DNA from: an uncultured Actinomycetes bacterium
Lineage (GTDB): Bacteria; Actinomycetota; Acidimicrobiia; IMCC26256; JANYLB01
Length of the DNA: 64,000 nucleotides
Direction: 5' to 3'
NCBI GenBank assembly: GCA_963837715.1
Contig: CAWIOF010000003.1
Coordinates: 181,366-245,365, forward strand
The translations under genes were made by a program, and so were the position numbers. Numbering within the stretch: the stretch's first letter is position 1; the number at the start of each line of letters is the position of its first letter. Positions 27,181 to 37,110 of this stretch are shown piece by piece. The notes under the pieces are model-generated. The model had not been told where the DNA came from. It saw only the letters and a list, made by a program, of their open reading frames with translations, and made no database searches.

Positions 27181-28575
27181 GTGGCTGAGCAGTTCGATGT
27201 GGTCGTGCTCGGTGGCGGCCCCGGTGGCTACGCGGCCGCGCTCTACGGAGCGGCCGCCGGGCTCCACGTGGCGATGATCGAGGAGAGCCGCGTCGGCGGG
27301 ACCTGTCTCCACCGGGGCTGCATCCCCGCCAAGGCGCTCCTCCAGACGGCCGAGGTGCTCCGTACCGTGGCCGGGGCCAAGGAGTTCGGGGTCGACGCCG
27401 GCGAGCCGACCCTCGACCTCGGCGCGAGCCAGGTGCGCAAGCAGCAGGTCGTCGACAAGCTGACCAAGGGTCTGGAGTCGTTGCTCAAGGGCCGCAAGGT
27501 GACGGTCATCCCCGGTACCGGGACGATCATCGATGCGGCAGCCCGTCACGTGCGTGTGTCCGACGGTTCGGAGTTGAAGGGCAGCGCCCTGATCCTCGCC
27601 ACCGGTTCGTCACCGCGCAGCCTCCCCGGGCTCGAGTTCGACGGCGTGAACGTCCTCAGCTCCGACGACGTGCTCCAGTTGGCCGAGGTCCCGCCGCGGG
27701 TCGCGGTGATCGGTGGCGGCGCGATCGGGTGCGAGTTCGTCTCGTTGCTCTCGGATCTGGGGAGCGCGGTCACGCTCATCGAGGCGCTGCCCCGGCTGCT
27801 TCCCGGTGTCGACGTCGACGCGAGCAACGTGGTGGCCCGGTCGTTCAAGCGGCGCGGGGTCGACGTGCACACCGATGCAAAGGTCCGAGGCGTCGACCTC
27901 GGCGCGGCGGTCGGCGACGAGCACACCGTGCGGTTCGAGACCAGTGCCGGCGGACTCCAGGCCGTGGTCGACGCGGTGATCGTCAGCATCGGTCGGGCGC
28001 CGCGAACGGAGGGCTTCGGGATCGAGGGCTCCGGCATCGCAACGGAGCGCGGCTACATCGTGGTGGACGATCACCTGCGCACGACCGTGCCCGGGGTCTA
28101 CGCGGTGGGCGACGTGGTCGCCACGCCTGCGCTCGCGCACGTCGCCTTCGCGGAGGCGATCGTGGCGATCCACACCATCCTCGGCGAGGAAGCCACTCCC
28201 ATCGCCTACGACAAGGTGCCCTGGGGGATCTACTGCCACCCCGAGGTCGCGTTCTCGGGGCTCACCGAGGAGGAGGCCCGCACCCGGGGCTACGACGTCG
28301 TCACCAAGGTCGCCCGGTACGGAGGGAACAGTCGCGCCCTGATCATCGGCGAGCCCGACGGTCTCGTGAAGGTCGTCTCCGAACGCGACGGACCGTTGCT
28401 CGGTGTCCACATCACCGGGCCGTGGGCGACCGAGCTGCTCGCCGAGGGGTACCTCGCGGTGAACTGGGAGGCGACTGCGGCCGATCTCGCGGGCTTGATC
28501 CATCCGCACCCGACGCTGAGCGAGACCTTCGGTGAGGCCGCGATGGCCCTCACCGGCCGTTCACTGCACGTCTGA
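27181..28575 (+). CDS. lpd: Dihydrolipoyl dehydrogenase (E3)
   Basis: FDVVVLGGGPGGYAAA, GGTCLHRGCIPAKALL (redox disulfide), C-terminal HPHPTLSE. GTG at 27181. Confidence 0.92.
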   Translation: MAEQFDVVVLGGGPGGYAAALYGAAAGLHVAMIEESRVGGTCLHRGCIPAKALLQTAEVLRTVAGAKEFGVDAGEPTLDLGASQVRKQQVVDKLTKGLESLLKGRKVTVIPGTGTIIDAAARHVRVSDGSELKGSALILATGSSPRSLPGLEFDGVNVLSSDDVLQLAEVPPRVAVIGGGAIGCEFVSLLSDLGSAVTLIEALPRLLPGVDVDASNVVARSFKRRGVDVHTDAKVRGVDLGAAVGDEHTVRFETSAGGLQAVVDAVIVSIGRAPRTEGFGIEGSGIATERGYIVVDDHLRTTVPGVYAVGDVVATPALAHVAFAEAIVAIHTILGEEATPIAYDKVPWGIYCHPEVAFSGLTEEEARTRGYDVVTKVARYGGNSRALIIGEPDGLVKVVSERDGPLLGVHITGPWATELLAEGYLAVNWEATAADLAGLIHPHPTLSETFGEAAMALTGRSLHV

Positions 28576-28598
28576 ACCGCCTGAGTCGAGGAGTTCCG

Positions 28599-29993
28599 TT
28601 GGACGTCACGATGCCGCAGCTCGGAGAGACGGTCACCGAGGGCACGATCACGCGGTGGCTGAAGCAGGTCGGGGAGCACGTCGAGGTCGACGAGCCGCTC
28701 TTCGAGGTCTCGACCGACAAGGTCGATTCCGAGGTGCCCGCGCCGGTCGCCGGAGTCCTCACCGAGATCCTCGTGCCCGAGGGCGAGACGGTCGACGTCG
28801 GCGTGCGACTGGCCGTGCTCGGCGACGGCGACGGTGCCGCGCCCGCGGCGGCCGCGACCCCGGCGGTCGAGGCGCAGCCGACCCCCACCACCGCGGCGGC
28901 TCCATCGGATCCCGTTCCCGCAACCCCCGCTCCGACTGCGGCCCCGGACCCGGCGCCGGCTCCAGCGCCGACTGCGGCCCCCGCGTCGGCTCCAGCACCG
29001 ACTGCGGCCCCCGCGTCGGTCCCCCCGGCCGCCGGCGGTGGTCCCGGCGTCAACGCGTCGCCGATCGTCCGCCGCCTCGCCGCCGACCGTGGGATCGACC
29101 TCGACTCGCTCCGCGGGACGGGTGACGGAGGTCGCATCACCCGCAACGACGTGCTCGCTGCGTCGCCCGCTGCCCCGGTTGCCCCGACGGCGTCGTCACC
29201 CGCGCCTGCGCCCGTCGCGACGCCGACGCCGCCGGACGGTCCCGCGACCCCGAGCTCCGAACCGCGCCCACGAGCTGCGGGCGACGAGGTGATCGCGTTC
29301 GACAACATCCGCAAGCGCACCGCAGAGCACATGGTGCGTTCGAAGCAGACGAGCGCGCATGTGTACACGTCGGTCGAGGTCGACTTCGAGCGCGTCGAAC
29401 GGGTCCGCCGGGAGCACGGCGCGGCGTGGAAGGCGCGTGAGGGCTTCTCGCTCACCTACCTGCCGTTCATCGCCCGCGCCTTCTCCGACGCCGTCGACGA
29501 CTTCCCCCTGGTCAACGCGAGCGTCGACGGTGACTCGCTCGTCGTGCACCATGAGGTGAACCTCGGCATCGCGGTCGATCTCGATCACCGCGGTCTGCTC
29601 GCTCCGGTCGTGAAGCAGGTCGACGGCAAACGACTCTGGCTGATCGCCCGCGAGATCCACGACCTCGCCACGCGGGCCCGGAACAAGGGTCTCGGACCCG
29701 ACGACGTGATCGGCGGCACGTTCACCATCACGAACATGGGCCCCTTCGGGACCTACATGACGCTGCCGATCATCAACCAGCCCCAGGTCGCGATCCTCTC
29801 CACCGACGGGGTCCGCAAGCGCCCCGTGGTCGTCGAGGGACCCGATGGTGGCGACGCGATCGCGGTGCATGCCGTCGGCGTGCTCGCCCTCGCCTGGGAC
29901 CACCGCGCCTTCGACGGTGCCTACGCCGCCGGCTTCCTCCACGGGATCCGTGAGGTGCTCGAGACCCGCGACTGGGAAGCCGAGCTCTCGTGA
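28599..29993 (+). CDS. 2-oxoacid dehydrogenase E2 dihydrolipoamide acyltransferase
   Basis: Lipoyl domain (LFEVSTDKVDSEVPAP), Ala/Pro linker, PSBD (SPIVRRLAADRGIDL), catalytic DHRAFDG. Confidence 0.9.
   Translation: MDVTMPQLGETVTEGTITRWLKQVGEHVEVDEPLFEVSTDKVDSEVPAPVAGVLTEILVPEGETVDVGVRLAVLGDGDGAAPAAAATPAVEAQPTPTTAAAPSDPVPATPAPTAAPDPAPAPAPTAAPASAPAPTAAPASVPPAAGGGPGVNASPIVRRLAADRGIDLDSLRGTGDGGRITRNDVLAASPAAPVAPTASSPAPAPVATPTPPDGPATPSSEPRPRAAGDEVIAFDNIRKRTAEHMVRSKQTSAHVYTSVEVDFERVERVRREHGAAWKAREGFSLTYLPFIARAFSDAVDDFPLVNASVDGDSLVVHHEVNLGIAVDLDHRGLLAPVVKQVDGKRLWLIAREIHDLATRARNKGLGPDDVIGGTFTITNMGPFGTYMTLPIINQPQVAILSTDGVRKRPVVVEGPDGGDAIAVHAVGVLALAWDHRAFDGAYAAGFLHGIREVLETRDWEAELS
28929..29018 (+). 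repeat. 30-nt tandem repeat encoding the E2 Ala/Pro linker
   Basis: GGCTCCAGC(G/A)CCGACTGCGGCCCCCGCGTC occurs twice back to back (about 28958-29017), preceded by a diverged partial copy. Confidence 0.7.
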
Positions 29994-31660
29994 CGAGTGC
30001 GCAGCGCACCCTGCGGGTGCGCTGGCTGGGATCCGTGCCGTACGCCGAGGCCGCCGACCTGCAGCAGGCCCGGCACGAGCGCGCTGTCGACGACTCGTTG
30101 TTGCTGCTCGAACACCCGCACGTCTACACCTTGGGGACGCGCGCCGATCCGGCCCACGTGCTCGTCGCACCGGAGTCGGTCGGTGCCGAGCTCGTGCAGA
30201 CCGACCGTGGGGGCGACGTCACCTACCACGGCCCGGGCCAGCTCGTCGGGTATCCGATCGTGTCGCTCACGCAGTGGCGGGCGGGGAGCTACGACGTCGT
30301 CGCCTACGTCCGGCGACTCGAATCCGTGCTCATCGACGCGCTCGCCGAACTCGGCGTGCTCGCCGATCGCGACCCCGAGTACACCGGGGTCTGGGTCGGC
30401 GGGGCCAAGATCGCCGCCATCGGCGTCCGGGTCTCCCGGGGCCGCACGCGTCACGGCTTCGCCCTGAACGTCGATCCCGACCTCGCGATGTTCGATCACA
30501 TCGTTCCCTGTGGGATCCCGGATCGGGCGGTCACGTCGCTCGCCCGTCTCGGCGTGGAGACCGACATGCACTCGGTGGTCGATGCGGTGGTGCGGGCGTT
30601 CGTCCGACACTTCCCCTACGACGACGTCGAACGCCAGGACGTCGTCTGGCGCCACACCCCGGAGGACCTCTCGGCCTTCACGCTTGCCGCAATGGCCGGC
30701 GCGGGCGACGCACCCGATCCATCCACCCCGGTGCGCCTGCTCGGTCGGCTCGCCGAAGCCGGGGTGGAACCCGCTGCCGCGGCCGATTTCCGTCGTCCCG
30801 AGTGGATGAAGGTCCGGGCCGATCTCGGCGAGGGGTACCGATCGACCCGCCGGCTCATGCGGTCGCTCGCACTGAACACGGTCTGCGAGGAAGCCGGCTG
30901 CCCGAACATCTATGAGTGCTGGGCCGACCGGACCGCGACCTTCATGATCCTCGGCGACCGGTGCACCCGGGCCTGTGGCTTCTGCCTCGTCGACACTCGA
31001 CGTCCCGGAGCACTCGACCCCGAGGAGCCGGACCGCGTCGCCGAGGCCGTCGCGACCCTCGGGCTCGCGCACACGGTCATCACCTGCGTGGCCCGCGACG
31101 ACCTGCCCGACGGCGGTGCCGCAGCGTTCGCGGCGACGATCCGAGCCGTGCGACGACGCTCGCCGGAGACCCGGGTGGAGGTGCTCGTTTCCGACGGTCG
31201 CGGGAACGCGGAAGCGTTCGCGACCATCGCCGCGGCTCGCCCCGACGTGCTCAACCACAACCTGGAGACCGTGGCCCGGCTGCAACGTGCCGCACGACCC
31301 TCGGCCGGGTACGCGCGCTCGCTGGCGCTGCTCGCCCGGTCGAAGTCGGCCGGGCTGGTGACGAAATCGGGGATCATCCTCGGCATGGGCGAGACCGACG
31401 CCGAGGTGCGGGGCGCGCTGGTGGATCTCCGCAGCGTCGGGGTCGACATCGTCACGATCGGCCAGTACCTCCGTCCGTCGGCTCGTCATCTGCCCGTCGC
31501 CCGGTGGTGGCACCCCGACGAGTTCGCGGCCCTCGGCTCCTACGCGGAGTCACTCGGCTTCGCCCATGTCGAGTCGGGCCCCCTCGTTCGGTCGAGCTAC
31601 CACGCACGGCAGGGGTCGGAGGCCGCGACGCCGTCACCGACCCCGATCGCGGTGGCCTGA
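29990..31660 (+). CDS. In-frame LipB (octanoyltransferase) - LipA (lipoyl synthase) fusion ORF
   Basis: aa 1-225 read HPHVYTLG..TDRGGDVTYHGPGQLVGY..KIAAIGVRVSRGRTRHGFALN (LipB). aa 275-556 read NTVCEEAGCPNIYECW, CTRACGFCLV (radical SAM CxxxCxxC), RSSYHA (LipA). No stop codon lies between them. GTGA overlap with the E2 stop. Confidence 0.85.
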   Translation: MTSAQRTLRVRWLGSVPYAEAADLQQARHERAVDDSLLLLEHPHVYTLGTRADPAHVLVAPESVGAELVQTDRGGDVTYHGPGQLVGYPIVSLTQWRAGSYDVVAYVRRLESVLIDALAELGVLADRDPEYTGVWVGGAKIAAIGVRVSRGRTRHGFALNVDPDLAMFDHIVPCGIPDRAVTSLARLGVETDMHSVVDAVVRAFVRHFPYDDVERQDVVWRHTPEDLSAFTLAAMAGAGDAPDPSTPVRLLGRLAEAGVEPAAAADFRRPEWMKVRADLGEGYRSTRRLMRSLALNTVCEEAGCPNIYECWADRTATFMILGDRCTRACGFCLVDTRRPGALDPEEPDRVAEAVATLGLAHTVITCVARDDLPDGGAAAFAATIRAVRRRSPETRVEVLVSDGRGNAEAFATIAAARPDVLNHNLETVARLQRAARPSAGYARSLALLARSKSAGLVTKSGIILGMGETDAEVRGALVDLRSVGVDIVTIGQYLRPSARHLPVARWWHPDEFAALGSYAESLGFAHVESGPLVRSSYHARQGSEAATPSPTPIAVA

Positions 31661-31662
31661 CC

Positions 31663-32211
31663 ATGGGTCGCATGCTCGACGCCATCACGCCGGAGATCGC
31701 GACGTTCATCGCGCAACAGCACGTGTTCTTCGTGGCGACCACACCGAGCGGTCCCGACGGGCGGGTGAATCTGTCGCCGAAGGGTCTCGACACCTTCACG
31801 GTGATCGACGAGCACACGGTGGCCTGGTTGGACCTGACCGGTTCGGGGATCGAGACCGTGGCCCACCTGCGCGACGACGGCCGGATCACGGTGATGTTCT
31901 GTGCCTTCGAGGGCAAGCCGAACATCGTGCGGCTGTACGGTCGGGGGTCGTTCCTGGCCGCCGACGATCCTGCGGCCGCGTCGACCGTGGCCCGGTTCCC
32001 GGAGCATGTCGGCGCCCGCACGATCGTGTCGGTCGCGGTGGAGCACGTCTCGACGTCGTGCGGGTACGCGGTCCCGTTCATGACCTACGCGGGGGAGCGT
32101 CCCACCCTCGACGAGTGGGCCGACCGCCGCGGCCCCGAAGGCATCGCGACGTACCAAGCCGAACGGAACGTCACGAGCATCGACGGCCTCCCGGGACTCC
32201 CGGTGCCCTGA
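31663..32211 (+). CDS. Pyridoxamine 5'-phosphate oxidase-family FMN-binding protein
   Basis: FIAQQHVFFVATTPSGPDGRVNLSPKG..TVAWLDLTGSG..T and overall size (182 aa). Split-barrel family assignment by motif memory. Confidence 0.6.
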   Translation: MGRMLDAITPEIATFIAQQHVFFVATTPSGPDGRVNLSPKGLDTFTVIDEHTVAWLDLTGSGIETVAHLRDDGRITVMFCAFEGKPNIVRLYGRGSFLAADDPAAASTVARFPEHVGARTIVSVAVEHVSTSCGYAVPFMTYAGERPTLDEWADRRGPEGIATYQAERNVTSIDGLPGLPVP

Positions 32212-33302
32212 TGAATCCCTACGGCGAACGGCTGGCCCGGGCCCGGGAGCAGATGCGCGCGACCGGTGTCGACGCGCTCCTGCTCTCGGTGGGCGCGGAT
32301 CTCCCGTACCTCACCGGCTACGAGGCGATGCCGTTGGAACGAGTCACGATGCTCGTTGTCCCGCGCGACGGTGAGGCAACGCTCGTCGTCCCCCGGCTCG
32401 AGGCACCCCGGGTGGTGGAACAGCCCGAGGTGTTCAGCATCGTCCCGTGGGACGAGACCGACGACCCGCTGGCCCGGATCGCCGACCTGGTGGGCCGGGG
32501 CGCGGCCGACGTGGGGATCGGTGAGCGGACCTGGGCCCGGTTCGTGCTCGGTCTGCAGGACGCGCTCCCGAACACACACTTTCGCAGCGCCACCGACCTG
32601 ATGGCACCCCTGCGCATGCGCAAGGACGCCGCCGAGGTCGAGCGACTGGAAGCGGCGGCCCGGGCCGTCGACCGGGTCGCGGCCGAGATGCGGGCTCGAC
32701 CGTTCGGGGGCCGGACCGAAGCCGACGTCCACCGGGAGCTCGCCGACCGGATCCTCGAGCACGGTCACCAGCGGGTGAACTTCGCGATCGTCGGGAGTGG
32801 CCCGAACGGTGCGAGTCCGCACCACGAGGCGAGTGAGCGGGTGATCGGCGACGGCGACGTGATCGTCTGCGACTTCGGCGGGACGATGCTGGGCTACTGC
32901 TCCGACATCACCCGGATGTTCGTGGTCGGCGAACCGACCACCGAGGTGCGCGACGTCTACGGGGTCCTCGTCGAAGCGCAGGAACACGCAGTCCAGGCGG
33001 CGACGACGGCCACCACCTGCGAGGCGGTCGACGCTGCAGCGCGCGACGTGATCACGGCCGCGGGGTACGGCGAGTACTTCGTGCACCGCACCGGTCACGG
33101 CATCGGGCTCGAGGAGCACGAGGAGCCCTACATCGTCGCGGGAAGCGATCGGCTGCTGGAGCCGGGCCACGCGTTCAGCATCGAGCCGGGCATCTACTTC
33201 CCCGGTCGGTTCGGGATGCGGCTCGAAGACATCGTGGTCGCCACCGACGCCGGACCGCGACGGTTGAACGAGGCCAGCCACGAGCTGGCCGTGGTCGCTT
33301 AG
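32211..33302 (+). CDS. M24 family Xaa-Pro aminopeptidase
   Basis: DFGGTMLGYCSDITR, HRTGHGIGLEEHE, SIEPGIY..RLEDIV metal-ligand pattern. The ATG overlaps the upstream stop. Confidence 0.88.
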   Translation: MNPYGERLARAREQMRATGVDALLLSVGADLPYLTGYEAMPLERVTMLVVPRDGEATLVVPRLEAPRVVEQPEVFSIVPWDETDDPLARIADLVGRGAADVGIGERTWARFVLGLQDALPNTHFRSATDLMAPLRMRKDAAEVERLEAAARAVDRVAAEMRARPFGGRTEADVHRELADRILEHGHQRVNFAIVGSGPNGASPHHEASERVIGDGDVIVCDFGGTMLGYCSDITRMFVVGEPTTEVRDVYGVLVEAQEHAVQAATTATTCEAVDAAARDVITAAGYGEYFVHRTGHGIGLEEHEEPYIVAGSDRLLEPGHAFSIEPGIYFPGRFGMRLEDIVVATDAGPRRLNEASHELAVVA

Positions 33303-33316
33303 GGCGATTCGGCACG

Positions 33317-34186
33317 ATGCGCCTCGAGATCTCGACCGTGATGCTCCAGTGGGCCGCGGGTGGCCTCGCGTTCCTCTGGGTCACGACTCGCCGACGCGAA
33401 GTCGGTCTCGGCTACGGCTGGTTGCTGCGAGGTGTGTACGCGTGCCTGGCGGGAATCGCACTGGCCGCGAGCATCGCCGGCGGCGGGATCGGAACTGCGG
33501 TCACGATCTTCCGGGTCGCGGCGGGCGCCACCGCGGTGGCCGCGCTCGGCACGTTCGCGGTGTCCGTGGTGCACCGTCGCGCCGGGGTCGCGGGCCTCCG
33601 CGCGCGCAAGGACGCGGGCCGGGAGCGCGTCGCGGCCATGGTCGGGTCGGGCGCCCCCGCAGACTCGGAGCAATCGGCCCCGAAGACGCGCGAGTTCCCG
33701 CCCGGTCTCGACCTCGTCGCACCCCTCTGCGGCCTCGTGGGGCTCCTCGCGGCCGCCTCGATCGACGGGGGACCCTACGCACTCACGCTGTTCCGCCTGC
33801 TCGCGGGCGCCGCGTTGCTCGGGGCCTCGACCGACGCGATGTTGCTCGGGCACTGGTACCTCGTGCAGCCCGGTCTCGGTCGTGACCCGATCCGGGAACT
33901 GGTCTGGCTCCTCGCGATCGTCTGGCTGCTCGACGTGATCGCGTTCGTGATCCCGACGGGGGTCATCTCGGTGTTCACCGGCTCGATCGACGACGGCTAC
34001 GGCGGACTGCTGGCCTGGATCTGGCTGACCAGCGCGGTGACGACCATCGCACTCGCCGGGGTGACCTGGCTGGCGCTCAAGGAGCGCTCGTATTCGGCCG
34101 TGATGGCCGCGACGGGCCTTCTCTACCTCGCGATCCTCACCGCGTTCGGCACCGACCTGGTCGCGCGCGCCCTGCTCACGAGCTGA
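33317..34186 (+). CDS. Integral membrane protein, unknown function
   Basis: 289 aa, about 8 hydrophobic segments, no motif recognised. Confidence 0.55.
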   Translation: MRLEISTVMLQWAAGGLAFLWVTTRRREVGLGYGWLLRGVYACLAGIALAASIAGGGIGTAVTIFRVAAGATAVAALGTFAVSVVHRRAGVAGLRARKDAGRERVAAMVGSGAPADSEQSAPKTREFPPGLDLVAPLCGLVGLLAAASIDGGPYALTLFRLLAGAALLGASTDAMLLGHWYLVQPGLGRDPIRELVWLLAIVWLLDVIAFVIPTGVISVFTGSIDDGYGGLLAWIWLTSAVTTIALAGVTWLALKERSYSAVMAATGLLYLAILTAFGTDLVARALLTS

Positions 34187-34210
34187 GGTGTGCGCGTCCA
34201 GCGACCGAGG

Positions 34211-34954
34211 TCACCGCCAGAAGCGGGGCTTTCTCAGGAGGTACCCGAACTCCATGCCGGTTGTCGAGCTCGAGATGGTGTCGATTCGCTTCCAGTGTTG
34301 CCGCAACCGTTGCGAGCAGTACTCGAGGACTTCGTCGAACTCGGGTTCGTCCCAACAGTGGACGTGGATCGATCGGGCCCGATGCCAATCGAAGAAGTCG
34401 GCATGGCGATCGGCGTCCTCAGGAAGGTCTGTGTACGCCGCTTCCGCATCGGAGAGCTCGAGGAACTCCCGAATGTGGTCATCGTCGACGGCGGTGACCT
34501 GCGCCTCGAACTCCGCGACGAGATGGGCGAGTGTTGTGGGAGGCCGGTGTCGGTCGAAGGTGCAGTGGCGATCCGGGAGGAGGAGCAGAAGGAGGCCGCC
34601 TCGTCGGAGGACGCGGTGAAGTTCGACCATGAACCCGATCGGGTCGGCGAGATGCTCGAGGACGTGCGAACAGACGACGAAGTCCTGGCTTCCCGTGGCT
34701 ATCGACCCGAGCTTGTCTACATCGAAATCCGCGACGAGGTCCGGTATCGGGAAGTCTGCGCCTTCCGGGAGCTCCGGGTACAGGTTCCGGTTCTGGTCGG
34801 GCGTCCACCGGTCGACGTACAGCGCGGAGGTCCGGTCGGGAAGGGCCATGGGCTGATGGCCGGGGCCGAGTTCAAGGCCGCTTCCCCGTAGTTGCCGAGC
34901 AAGCTGCTCCCGCACGGGCGCAAACTCTACTGTGGCGACCGCGGCGAGCGTGAC
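34211..34954 (-). CDS. Class I SAM-dependent methyltransferase
   Basis: GLELGPGHQP, FVVCSHVLEHLADP, LRRGGLLLLLLPD. The start is uncertain (GTG 34954/34939 or ATG 35050). Confidence 0.7.
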   Translation of the reverse strand, partial: VTLAAVATVEFAPVREQLARQLRGSGLELGPGHQPMALPDRTSALYVDRWTPDQNRNLYPELPEGADFPIPDLVADFDVDKLGSIATGSQDFVVCSHVLEHLADPIGFMVELHRVLRRGGLLLLLLPDRHCTFDRHRPPTTLAHLVAEFEAQVTAVDDDHIREFLELSDAEAAYTDLPEDADRHADFFDWHRARSIHVHCWDEPEFDEVLEYCSQRLRQHWKRIDTISSSTTGMEFGYLLRKPRFWR

Positions 34955-35073
34955 ATCTGGTCGCCGTCGGCGTGCGGGTGATGGATCGTTGGCCCAGGAT
35001 CGGCCCGGGTAACGTAGGGCGTGACAGTTCTCCGGATCTCGCCCGGTCACGCGTGTACAAGGAGATCGGTGAG

Positions 35074-35898
35074 ATGAGCACCATTGCTGAGGTTGTCGGT
35101 TCCAAGGAGCTCACTTGGAACCTGACCCTCCGGGAGCTCCGCGGTCGATACAAGAAGTCTGTTCTGGGCTGGAGCTGGTCGCTCCTGAACCCGCTCTCTA
35201 CCGTCATCATCTACTCAATCGTGTTCTCGTACTTCCTGAGGATCGAGCCGCCGACGGGACATCCCAGTGGGTTGCACAACTTCGCGGCGTTCCTCTTGTG
35301 CGGGCTCCTGCCTTGGAACTTTCTGCAGGCTTCGATCAACGGGTCGATGGGAGCGCTCATCGGCAACGCGAACCTCATCAAGAAGGTGTTCTTTCCGCGA
35401 GAGGTGTTCGTGATCTCGGCCGTCGCATCGCTGGTCATCACATTCCTGATCGAACTCGCCGTCCTGGCCGTGATCCTGTTGCTGCTCGGCAACATGGTGG
35501 TGCCGTGGCTCCCCGTTGTGCTGGTGATCGTGGCGATCCAAGCAGTCTTCTGCCTCGGAGTGGGGCTCATGCTCAGCGTGTTGAACGTGTACTTCCGCGA
35601 CGTCCAGCACCTGATGAACATCGTCCTCGCCGCGCTCTTCTACTCGGCCCCGATCGTGTACCCGATCCGCTACGTTCCGAAGGAAGCGCACGTCAACGGC
35701 TGGACCATCCCGGTGCTCGCGATCTACAACCTCAACCCTCTCGTGCAGTTCATCGAGGCCTACCGCGACGCGATGTACGACCTGCGGTTCCCGCCGCTGA
35801 CGTCGATCCTGTATCTCGTGGCGTGGAGCGCTGTGATGCTGCTCATCGGCCTCGCCGTGTTCCGGCGCCTCGAAGCGCGCGTGCCCGAGGAGGTATGA
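35074..35898 (+). CDS. wzm: ABC-2 type polysaccharide export permease (Wzm-like)
   Basis: LTLRELRGRYKKSVLGWSWSLLNPL is the typical ABC-2 N-terminus, with 6 TM helices. AAGGAG lies 9 nt upstream of ATG 35074. Confidence 0.88.
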   Translation: MSTIAEVVGSKELTWNLTLRELRGRYKKSVLGWSWSLLNPLSTVIIYSIVFSYFLRIEPPTGHPSGLHNFAAFLLCGLLPWNFLQASINGSMGALIGNANLIKKVFFPREVFVISAVASLVITFLIELAVLAVILLLLGNMVVPWLPVVLVIVAIQAVFCLGVGLMLSVLNVYFRDVQHLMNIVLAALFYSAPIVYPIRYVPKEAHVNGWTIPVLAIYNLNPLVQFIEAYRDAMYDLRFPPLTSILYLVAWSAVMLLIGLAVFRRLEARVPEEV

Positions 35899-37110
35899 GC
35901 GCGTTGGCCTCGGCGATCTCGGTCGAGAATGTGTCCAAGAACTTCCGGCTGTACACAGAGCGGAACCAGTCGTTGAAGGCGATGGCGCTGTCGCGGACCC
36001 GGGTCCGTTACGAGGAGTTCGCCGCGTTGAAGGACGTGTCGCTCGAGATCCCGGCCGGTGTCACGTTCGGGCTCATCGGCGAGAACGGTTCGGGCAAGAG
36101 CACGCTGCTGAAGTGCATGGCGCGGATCCTGCGGCCCGAGTCCGGTTCGATCCGGACCGAAGGCAAGGTCTCCGCCCTGCTCGAACTCGGTGCGGGGTTC
36201 CACCCCGAACTCTCTGGCCGCGACAACATCTTCCTCAACGGAGCGATCCTGGGGCTCTCGAAGAAGCAGCTCACGGCCAAGTTCGAGGAGATCGTCGATT
36301 TCGCCGGTCTCGAGAAGTTCATCGACACGCCGGTGAAGAACTACTCGTCGGGCATGTACGTGCGGCTCGGATTCTCGATCGCGATCAATGTCGATCCCGA
36401 CATCCTCCTCATCGACGAGGTGCTAGCCGTCGGCGATGAACAGTTCCAGCGGAAGTGCTCGGAGAAGGTCGCCGACCTGCGGGAGAGTGGCAAGACGGTT
36501 GTCATCGTCTCGCATGCGCTGGGCTCGATTCGGACGTTGTGCGACGAGGTCGCTCTGTTGGAGCACGGCGAGCTCCGAGCCGTCGGCCGCGCAGGAGAGG
36601 TGATCGACTCGTACCTTGCCGACGTCCACGTCGACCGTTCCGCCGACGGCGATCACGGATCGCGGTGGGGTTCCGGAGAAGCACGCATCGAACGCGTCGA
36701 GTTGCTCCGCGACGACGGTTCCTCGACCACCGAGGTGAAAACGGGTGACGCGGTCACCTTCCGGTTGCACTACCAGTTCGACGAGCCGATGGAGCGTCCG
36801 GTGTTCGGCGTCTCGATTCAGACCCTGGAAGGGATGGTCGTCACCGGACCGAATACGCGGACAGGGGGGATTTGTGCCGGACAAGCTCGCCGGGACTGGG
36901 GTCGTCGACCTCCACGTCGACCGACTGATGCTCATCGCGGGCACGTATGACGTCAGCGTCTCTCTGTACGACTACTCCTGTTCGCACACATACGACTTCC
37001 GGTACCTCACGTTCCGGTTCGACGTGCAGCGGGGTGACCCGACCGAGGAATTCGGCGTGCTGGCGCTGGGCGGCGTCTGGGACGCGACCGAGGATCGGGT
37101 GCAGTCATGA
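35895..37110 (+). pseudogene. wzt: Polysaccharide export ABC ATPase with a C-terminal glycan-binding domain (Wzt-like), apparent 1-nt frameshift at the G6 run 36864-36869
   Basis: GENGSGKSTLLK, YSSGMYVRLGFS, LLIDEVLAVGD. The Wzt_C-like tail (GTYDVSVSLYD..FRFDVQ..GVW) continues in the +1 frame after ACAGGGGGGATT. 1216 nt equals 405 codons plus 1 nt. Confidence 0.85.
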
